Shown: positions 57,286-64,000 of the stretch, piece after piece
How the letters are laid out: every line of letters starts with the position of its first letter
Position numbering within the stretch: position 1 is the first letter of the stretch
Assembly (NCBI GenBank): GCA_963674595.2
Contig: CAXXFV010000016.1
Location: 672,001-736,000, forward strand
Reading direction: 5' to 3'
Origin: a bacterium
GTDB lineage: Bacteria > Zhuqueibacterota > Zhuqueibacteria > Residuimicrobiales > Krinioviventaceae
Length of the DNA: 64,000 nucleotides
The notes under the pieces: model-generated
What the model saw: only the letters and a program-made list of their open reading frames with translations
Told to the model about the DNA's origin: nothing
Databases searched by the model: none
Translations under genes and position numbers: made by a program

Positions 57286-57478
57286 TGTTTAGTACCAATC
57301 CATCGTATCCGGTTTTCCGGCACAGTTTCAGGCTTGATCAGACGCTATTGGCTACACTAGCATACTAATTAGGTCGGTCCAGCCACCACCTTTGCTTTGT
57401 CTTTTTCTATTCCTTGCCATGACAAAAGCAAAGAATGGCATGTATTCCTGGGCCAATAAACATCTGCCCGTAATTTTT

Positions 57479-58246
57479 TTACCTTTTCGTCTTTTTGACT
57501 TTTGTCTTTTTGACTCTTGTTTTTTTGACGGTCGTTCCTTTTCTTGTTTTTGTTTTAGTAACGGTCGTCCTTTTTTTAACCAATGTTGATGATCGGGGAT
57601 GGTATTTTACTTTAGCACTTTTGACTCTGGTGGTTTTGGTGACGGCAAAAGTCCTTCGGTTTGTGTATTTGACCGTACGGGTACGATAAACCTTAACCGT
57701 TACAGGATGATAAGGTTTCCACCAACGCGGGTAAAATCCGAAATGAAAAGTGGATCGATAGGGATGGTAAGCCGGTCTGTAAATCCATGTGATTATCGGC
57801 CAGGTGTGGATGACAACATAGGTCGGCGCTATATAGTAATCGTTACCGTAAATAACTGAATTACCATGGACCTGCATGTTGTATTCATCTTTGTTTTGTT
57901 CTATTTCGATTGTTGCAACGTCCTGAAATTCATCTTCCGCAAGAGGTACCTGAAGTATGATCAAATGAGTGCCATTTTCGACTTCCTCAAGCACACGAAT
58001 AAAATCGACCTCGCCGTTTTCATCCAGGTCAAGATTATTGATACCGATTTCAGGATCGTTCAAAGCTTTTTCAAATTCCTCAAGATTTTCCGATTCTTTA
58101 AACAATTCACTTACAGCTTGCAAGTCCAGACCTTCGGCTGCTTCTACCGTCGGTGTTACAATTGTTACGTCTTCCTGGGCCGAAACGAAACAATAACTGA
58201 CGAGTAAAATCAGCAACGTTGTGGATACAATAAAAAGTTGTTTCAT
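57479..58246 (-). CDS. Secreted hypothetical protein with an acidic N-domain, W/Y/P-rich middle and very basic K/T/R tail
   Basis: Signal peptide (VSA-Q), GLDL.AV, INNLDLDENGEVDFIRV, YRP.YHPY, and tail KKTRVKKTKVKKTKR. RBS GGAGG. Confidence 0.8.
   Translation of the reverse strand: MKQLFIVSTTLLILLVSYCFVSAQEDVTIVTPTVEAAEGLDLQAVSELFKESENLEEFEKALNDPEIGINNLDLDENGEVDFIRVLEEVENGTHLIILQVPLAEDEFQDVATIEIEQNKDEYNMQVHGNSVIYGNDYYIAPTYVVIHTWPIITWIYRPAYHPYRSTFHFGFYPRWWKPYHPVTVKVYRTRTVKYTNRRTFAVTKTTRVKSAKVKYHPRSSTLVKKRTTVTKTKTRKGTTVKKTRVKKTKVKKTKR
57489..57533. repeat. Three imperfect 15-bp tandem repeats encoding the (VKKTK/R) tail
   Basis: gtctttttgactttt / gtctttttgactctt / gtttttttgacggtc. Confidence 0.7.
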
Positions 58247-58551
58247 TGTTTCCTCCGGATTTTTAATAGAACTTTATATTTAGATACTCGTTTAAAAATC
58301 GCAATTTTATTAATATACAAATTTTTTTAAAAATCCATTGTTTTATTTGTGCTTAATTGTATTGATGGTGAAATCAACACGATTAGAATAATTTAAATTT
58401 TTGAAAAGCGTAGGGAGTTGTGTTTTTTTGTTCGATGTGAAATAACAAAAATCAGCTCAGAGATAAATTAGTCCGATATTTTGAGATGTATACGAGCAGA
58501 AATATGGCTTTGGCTTTGTAGAGTATAGTTGCAGCTTTATAAATGAAATAT

Positions 58552-59286
58552 CTACCTATCAATTTCTTTTTTGTAAATATTATAATAAATTTTTTCGACA
58601 CTATAAAGATGGAAAAATTGTAAATTTTTAATTTCGTTTAATTCATTAACAAAGTAAAATATCGGAAGTTTTATTTGTGTCTTGGGAATTGAAACTTCAC
58701 TTTCGAATTCAGGCATATCAATGATTTTTGTATATAATTTTTTCTTTTGATTATTTCCGAGAATATATCTATGCTCTAAGGGAGAAAATGAGTTTGATTT
58801 TTCAAAACCGAACCAAAATAAAGTTTTAAATTTTTTTTCTTCACTGGAATAATCATACACATAATTATCAAGTCCATCAGCATAACCTGATAATACTAAT
58901 ATTTCCAACTCAATATCAGAATCAAGATTGACAAATCGTCTTTGAAAAATGCCTATAGCAGTATATCTAACTTCTTTTGCCCAAAGAGTCTGGTTTGAAT
59001 CAAGAAAATATTCGAATACATATCCTTCATCAATATTTTTAAGACTGTCTGTTTGAATCCAAACTATATAATCATCAATACTATCTCCTGTAAAATCTAT
59101 GGTTGTTACTTTAATAATGGAATCTTTAAACATATTATAAATAAATTTGGGTAATATAGTTTCCTTTTCTTTTTGTAAAAATTTCAAATCTAATTCTTGC
59201 GAAATTGCGAAAGTAAATGAATTAAAAATAATTATTGATATAAAGTATACATTTTTTAAACTTGTTTTATTCGGGAATAAATTCAT
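58552..59286 (-). CDS. Hypothetical protein, very AT-rich, probably exported
   Basis: 244-aa ORF with a hydrophobic N-terminus and FG-GAP-like DFTGDSIDD / NLDSD.ELE motifs. Confidence 0.6.
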   Translation of the reverse strand: MNLFPNKTSLKNVYFISIIIFNSFTFAISQELDLKFLQKEKETILPKFIYNMFKDSIIKVTTIDFTGDSIDDYIVWIQTDSLKNIDEGYVFEYFLDSNQTLWAKEVRYTAIGIFQRRFVNLDSDIELEILVLSGYADGLDNYVYDYSSEEKKFKTLFWFGFEKSNSFSPLEHRYILGNNQKKKLYTKIIDMPEFESEVSIPKTQIKLPIFYFVNELNEIKNLQFFHLYSVEKIYYNIYKKEIDR

Positions 59287-59395
59287 AATATTTTGATTAT
59301 TATTGTGTTAACAGGCCATTGTCGTTATTTAATAATGGTTACAGTCTGGGCTGTCTTTTTGAACAATGTCAAACAGTTTATCGTAACGTCTTGAG

Positions 59396-60922
59396 CTATT
59401 TATTAGAAATCCTTGCATCCTCGGCCTCCTCGATTCGCGCCTCAAGACGTTTTTGAAGACTTTTTTCGATTTCGGCATATTCATGCTTTCCTGCGAGATT
59501 GTTGAACTGCTTTGGATCTTTTTTCATATCGTACAACATATATTCGTTGCCCTCTTTTCCCCCGGAAGCGTATCGCATGTAGGCCCATTTTTCTGTGCGC
59601 AGACAAAAATCCGGTCCCACCTGTATAAAGGCATCCTCTTTTAATCCGGGCGCATCAGGATTATCCAGCAGGTGTGCAAAGCTTTTTCCCTGGACTTGCT
59701 GTGGCACGTCAAGCCCGGCAAGTTCTGCCAGAGTCGGATAAATGTCTATCAATTCAACAATGGACGCGCATTCGCGGCTTGTTTTTTTCTGTCCGGGAGC
59801 GCTGACAATCAACGGCGGGCGGATGCTTTCTTCGAGTAGACTCATCTTTTGCCACATGGTGTGTTCACCGAGATGGTATCCATGGTCCGACAGGAAAATG
59901 ACAATAGTGTTTTCACGCCGGCCAAGTTCGTCAAGTGTGTCGAGCAGCCGTCCGACCTGTTCGTCCATGTAGCTGATGGAAGCATAGTATCCGCGCAGGC
60001 TCTTGCGCTGGGCCTCGGGTGTGAGTTTATACTTGACGGCGTTTGTCTGTTTTTTTGCTGTTTCGGGTATGTCCTCAAGGTCCCCTTTAGGTACGTAAGG
60101 TACCTGCATTTCATTGACCTCGTATTCTTTGAAAGAACGCCGTGGGGCTACCAGCGGCACATGGGGACGTACAAATCCTACGCCCAGGAAAAATGGCACA
60201 TTGGCAGCGGCACGCTCTTTCAACAATTCAACGGCTTTGTTCGCGGCCGCACCGTCTGCAAGGTCTGCATTATCCACGTCAGCCTCTACAATAACAAAGT
60301 CACTGCCCTGGTGATTGCCATGTTCGATAAACAGCTTGCCGCCTTTGTTTTTAAGGGCCTGCCATTTTTTGCGATATTCATCGTAAACCGGCGTGCTGTC
60401 TTCAAGCATCACATCTTCCGCTTTGCCGGGTGTGAGTGACTCCATTACACTGACGTTATAACGTTCATCCCACGATGCCGGATGATCTGTACCGTTGTCC
60501 CCGGTATAGATATTTCCGGGAACGCCCATGTGATAGATTTTGCTTACGCGTCCGCTCCAGTAACCGGACTCCCTGAAAAGTTGAGGCAATGTGGGGATAT
60601 TTGCATCAAGAACATCGCCGTTGTTTATCACGCCATTGGACAGGGGATAACGCCCGGACATGATCGATGCTCGTGAAGGCCCACAAAGGGGATACTGACA
60701 GTATGCTCTGGTAAATGAGGTCCCGCGTTCCGCCAGCCTGTCCAGGTTCGGGGTTTTGCATTGGGGATGTCCGTAACCGCTCAATGCCGTGTTAAGATCA
60801 TCCGCCATGATGAAAAGGATGTTTGGCCTCTTTTTTATAGAGTTCGTACATGCCGTGAAGGGTAAAACGCTCGCCACGAATGCTGCGTTCAGGGATTTTA
60901 GGAAATCTCTTCGGTTCACCAT
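59396..60922 (-). CDS. Tat-exported S1 sulfatase (iduronate-2-sulfatase-like)
   Basis: NRRDFLK Tat motif, PNILFIMADD, CGPSRAS (CxPSR formylglycine motif), GFVRPH.P, SDHGYHLGEH..W.K. Confidence 0.93.
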   Translation of the reverse strand: MVNRRDFLKSLNAAFVASVLPFTACTNSIKKRPNILFIMADDLNTALSGYGHPQCKTPNLDRLAERGTSFTRAYCQYPLCGPSRASIMSGRYPLSNGVINNGDVLDANIPTLPQLFRESGYWSGRVSKIYHMGVPGNIYTGDNGTDHPASWDERYNVSVMESLTPGKAEDVMLEDSTPVYDEYRKKWQALKNKGGKLFIEHGNHQGSDFVIVEADVDNADLADGAAANKAVELLKERAAANVPFFLGVGFVRPHVPLVAPRRSFKEYEVNEMQVPYVPKGDLEDIPETAKKQTNAVKYKLTPEAQRKSLRGYYASISYMDEQVGRLLDTLDELGRRENTIVIFLSDHGYHLGEHTMWQKMSLLEESIRPPLIVSAPGQKKTSRECASIVELIDIYPTLAELAGLDVPQQVQGKSFAHLLDNPDAPGLKEDAFIQVGPDFCLRTEKWAYMRYASGGKEGNEYMLYDMKKDPKQFNNLAGKHEYAEIEKSLQKRLEARIEEAEDARISNK

Positions 60923-61205
60923 ATTCTTAATGACTCTGTTGTTTTATGTTTTATAAAACGTGAAAATTAATTGATCGTTCATGGATTCGTCAGTTAGTCC
61001 GAGGACTTCATTTTTAAAGGGATGGCATGCTATATATTAAATCTCTTTTTTTCGTAACAAGTCTATCTATTGCGTAAATAACACGTCTTTCACTGGTTCC
61101 TGTACAGTTCTGCATACCCTTGGGCGCATTAACAAAAGAATTGGGACCAACTATATCAAACATTCTTTTTTTATGTTTGTACCATTGTTGTTATTTATTA
61201 AATAT

Positions 61206-62906
61206 TTATTTTTTTGTATCCGCTTCAAGTGCGGCGATAGCTGCATCCAACATATAATCTTTGCCATCAACATATATAGCTTTAAGGCTTTCCATGGTGA
61301 TAGGGATACGGACATCCGGCGCAACTCCTCCCTGTAATAAATGGTTGCTATCAATCTGAATTTTACCATTTTTGTCCAGTGAGGCACCATTCGGAAAATT
61401 GACGGTATAGCCGCCGGGCAATTTAACCGTGGCACCTGCCATGCCAAACGATCCATTCGTACTGTGAAAACCGATGACTTTGCCCCTGTTTGCTAATTTC
61501 ATGATTAATGGAAAACCTTCTCCGGTGCTTCCGGTATTATTGCTGATCAACACAGCGACCGGACCCGTATAGGGTGATGAGTCGGGCTGCAATGATATAT
61601 CGCCAATTACTTTAGGCTGCCCTGTTTTTTCATCCATCATTGCGACCTGTTCATAAAAAAGAGTTTTGGACATAAGTGGTGCCATCATCATGGGAGTCAT
61701 TTCATCAATACCACCAAAATTCAGGCGGACATCAATCACGACGCCGTGAACATTGGCGTTCTTAAACTCATCGATAGCATTCCGCACAGCGCCTACCGGA
61801 TTCAGCGTGCCCAATGTCGGCATTTCCATAGTAATTTTCAAATAGCCGTACCCATTCGGCAAAATCTGTGATTCAACTGTTTTCATAAAAGCGTTCATGG
61901 AAATAAGAGGTGATCCCATCAATAGATCTTTTGTTAATGTTTTCATACTGTCATCAATTGCTATCAGGGATGCTTTTCTAATAAATGTTTCATCGGGATT
62001 TTGAAATGTGATAGCAATAGAGTCACCAACCGGCGCACGGCTGAGCAGGTTAAGCTTACGAATATGCTGTAGTTCCATTGTGGCACAGGGAGATGAACTC
62101 CACAGCGTCGAAACCTTTTCCAGGGTATTTAAAATTGGCTGGTTATTCCAGGTCAGGATTTCTGCACCCCAGGCCATACCCGCCTTTTGCGCTGGACCGT
62201 TTTCTTGGAGAATATGCGCGACCACACGGTTGTCGTCCAACTGAATGAGTGCAAATCCGAATCCGCCGCCAATGGCTGCTTTTCCCAGTCCGAATTTATT
62301 TCCTCCCAAACCGACATGACCATCGGGTATGGAAAAAACATACTGACGCAAGGCCAGATAATACGCGGCTGTGTCTGCGGCCTGTTCTGCAGCAACGATC
62401 TGTGGCTTGTAACAAGTATGAAGAGAATCCCAATTAATGGATTTCCATTCTCCGAATGCATAGTTTTTAGCAAGATGTGCATTCAAATGATCAAACGATT
62501 CGCTCCACCCCAGTTGGCTGAAATCGGTGTGACTACCCATAAAAAGTGATGCCTTTAAGCTATTGGTTTTACCAAAAGACCAGGTTAAAATAACAGAAAC
62601 CGCCAGACAGATAACAAATACCAGTTGCCAGATGATTGTCCAGCCGATCCGAATAGCACGAACCCGGGATTTGGATTTTTTAGCTGGAACTTTCCACTGG
62701 TATAATCCGATCACGATAAGGATAGCTGTTATGACATATACCAAAATCAACGTCTGGTAAAAGCCGTCGATCACCAGTTGCAACAACGCGACGACTGCTA
62801 ATCCCACCGGCCACCAACGCAACCATTTTGAAGACGGACGCAGTGCGGAGAGAACAAGCGCTATGAGATTTGCTATGAGTAAAATGATACTTGCTGGATA
62901 GAGCAT
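61206..62906 (-). CDS. S41-family peptidase with N-terminal membrane domain and PDZ-like region
   Basis: About 4 N-terminal TM segments, K.INW, DGHV, GPA..AG, IDVR.N.GG, TGSTGE (catalytic Ser), GVAPD. Confidence 0.82.
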   Translation of the reverse strand: MLYPASIILLIANLIALVLSALRPSSKWLRWWPVGLAVVALLQLVIDGFYQTLILVYVITAILIVIGLYQWKVPAKKSKSRVRAIRIGWTIIWQLVFVICLAVSVILTWSFGKTNSLKASLFMGSHTDFSQLGWSESFDHLNAHLAKNYAFGEWKSINWDSLHTCYKPQIVAAEQAADTAAYYLALRQYVFSIPDGHVGLGGNKFGLGKAAIGGGFGFALIQLDDNRVVAHILQENGPAQKAGMAWGAEILTWNNQPILNTLEKVSTLWSSSPCATMELQHIRKLNLLSRAPVGDSIAITFQNPDETFIRKASLIAIDDSMKTLTKDLLMGSPLISMNAFMKTVESQILPNGYGYLKITMEMPTLGTLNPVGAVRNAIDEFKNANVHGVVIDVRLNFGGIDEMTPMMMAPLMSKTLFYEQVAMMDEKTGQPKVIGDISLQPDSSPYTGPVAVLISNNTGSTGEGFPLIMKLANRGKVIGFHSTNGSFGMAGATVKLPGGYTVNFPNGASLDKNGKIQIDSNHLLQGGVAPDVRIPITMESLKAIYVDGKDYMLDAAIAALEADTKK

Positions 62907-63027
62907 AATCGATTCCTTTCCGTTTCGTTAGTGGTAAGCATTTTGTTGAAAAGGCAGCATTAAGCAGCTCCTTGTAGATTTGTGTTTTGGCGAATATTAT
63001 GTTTAACTGTAGTAATTTGATGGCTAT

Positions 63028-63594
63028 TTAGGTGTTTTTACGTTTTATGAAAAGCATTAGAAATCCAAATAAAAGTAGTATATAGAACGTAATGGTTAGT
63101 GCACTTTTTACAATTGAAAACAGGCTCGAAATTTGGACCACCAAGGGATTGATGTTTGGCCAGGATCTCAACATCAGGATAATACCGACATTCTCAAAAT
63201 AGTCAAAAAGACCGGCTAACCCTGGAATGAGTGCAAGTAAAAATATTTTTGATTTACTATCAAACCTTTTTCCAAAAAGCCAAACCAGCATTAATGTATA
63301 GGTTACAGCAAAAAGACCCGGGTAGATGAAATCAATCGGCAATTGACGTGTTAAATAGACTTTTCTTCCGACTGGTCCGATTGATTTGAGCAACTCTTTT
63401 GCGTATATAGAATCGTACCCACCCGGAGACATATCAAAAAGTTTCATTTCAGGCGCCTGTGCCGTTACTTTTGGAATTGAATAAAATATGATTATCAAAT
63501 ATACAGCAATCGTTATGATAAACAATAATAATAAAAGTCGCCCCGTCGCGTATTTTTGGAGTTTTTTAATGAAAATATCACTTTGGTTTACCAT
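63028..63594 (-). CDS. Hypothetical membrane protein
   Basis: 188 aa, 4-5 TM segments, FD...GY, G..GR..Y, D.IYP, FDY.EN. RBS AGGAG. Confidence 0.75.
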   Translation of the reverse strand: MVNQSDIFIKKLQKYATGRLLLLLFIITIAVYLIIIFYSIPKVTAQAPEMKLFDMSPGGYDSIYAKELLKSIGPVGRKVYLTRQLPIDFIYPGLFAVTYTLMLVWLFGKRFDSKSKIFLLALIPGLAGLFDYFENVGIILMLRSWPNINPLVVQISSLFSIVKSALTITFYILLLFGFLMLFIKRKNT

Positions 63595-63708
63595 GTTTTT
63601 AATGGCTCCTTGTGGATTTTTTTCGATATTGCGTTGAAATTGACTGATTGCCCAAGAGTTCGTGCTTGAGATGTTTTAATATAAGGGCTGGACCCAGCGA
63701 TGTCAACT

Positions 63709-63999
63709 TTATTGTAAGATTTTGTATTTTTCTGACCGTTTTTTTATCGCTTTTAACCAAATTCTTCTTATTAATGCACTTCCCGGGTATACAATCATCC
63801 AGTATATGGCAAATTTTCTTTTCGCTTTTTTATCGCTCATATAGATTCTGGTTTCAGTGCTTACCAGTACATTATCTTTACGTTCTGCTAAGAAGAAATT
63901 TGTTACTACCTTTCCTGATTCACTTTCATTAAAATTTTTGAAATCAACTTCCGAATTAATTCTTTTCCTTTTTATTCTTCCGAATTGTCCAATAATACC
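63709..63999 (-). CDS. Hypothetical protein, 3' part (DUF2867-like), 5' end outside window
   Basis: Hand translation, not in the ORF track: GIIGQF...VSTETRI...RKFAIYW..YPGSALIRRIWLKAIKKRSE...*. Stop at 63709-63711. Confidence 0.65.
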   Translation of the reverse strand, partial: GIIGQFGRIKRKRINSEVDFKNFNESESGKVVTNFFLAERKDNVLVSTETRIYMSDKKAKRKFAIYWMIVYPGSALIRRIWLKAIKKRSEKYKILQ

Positions 64000-64000
64000 A

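Noticed and set aside
58250-63700. Integron cassette array (same-strand heterogeneous genes)
   Set aside because: No convincing RYYYAAC...GTTRRRY attC hairpins in the spacers and no intI in the window.
1509-63932. Many short (60-200 aa) ORFs in the track, e.g. 59849..60439, 14625..15005, 31141..31524, 63648..63932
   Set aside because: They lie antisense or out of frame within well-supported genes and show no family motifs, so they are treated as shadow ORFs.
1-64000. CRISPR arrays, tRNA/rRNA genes, transposases, integrases, phage or defence genes
   Set aside because: No regularly spaced repeats, cloverleaf motifs or recognisable mobile/defence protein motifs. Intergenic regions are short.

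Overview
Gene-dense, AT-rich bacterial chromosomal window. Gene content would fit an anaerobic polysaccharide-degrading lineage such as KSB1/Calditrichota, but this is inference only. About 50 CDS were found, and no rRNA, tRNA, CRISPR array, integrase or transposase was seen. Left to right: a housekeeping run (rsmI 3' end, panD, MATE, tmk, CtpA protease, ppdK); ALDH7; HAD phosphatase, a Cys-less PurF and a DUF1080 protein; citrate synthase; ferritin; a CobW GTPase next to a UroD/MtaA-like protein fused to two thioredoxin-fold domains; an Nramp-like transporter; a frameshifted AspT/YidE antiporter; an extended ars operon (arsR-arsP-arsC-MTH895/ArsE-like-Trx-CcdA-rhodanese-DoxX); PrpD and a class V PLP enzyme; a second DUF1080 protein; mlaEFD; a tandem esterase; DUF89; a metallophosphoesterase. 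The best candidate for an undescribed system is a three-gene operon at 37615-42225: a Ddl-like ATP-grasp ligase fused to an M20 domain that has lost its metal ligands, a cytoplasmic GGT with an altered substrate pocket, and an N-formylglutamate amidohydrolase with no hut genes nearby. It is followed by a ThuA / sialidase-like / six-hairpin GH-like / BNR lipoprotein / UroD-like carbohydrate cluster, an orphan MacB-type permease with a sigma54-like promoter, YesU plus a GH106-like enzyme, and a compositionally mosaic accessory end (basic-tailed secreted protein, Tat sulfatase, membrane S41 peptidase). All family assignments come from motif recognition by eye, not database searches.
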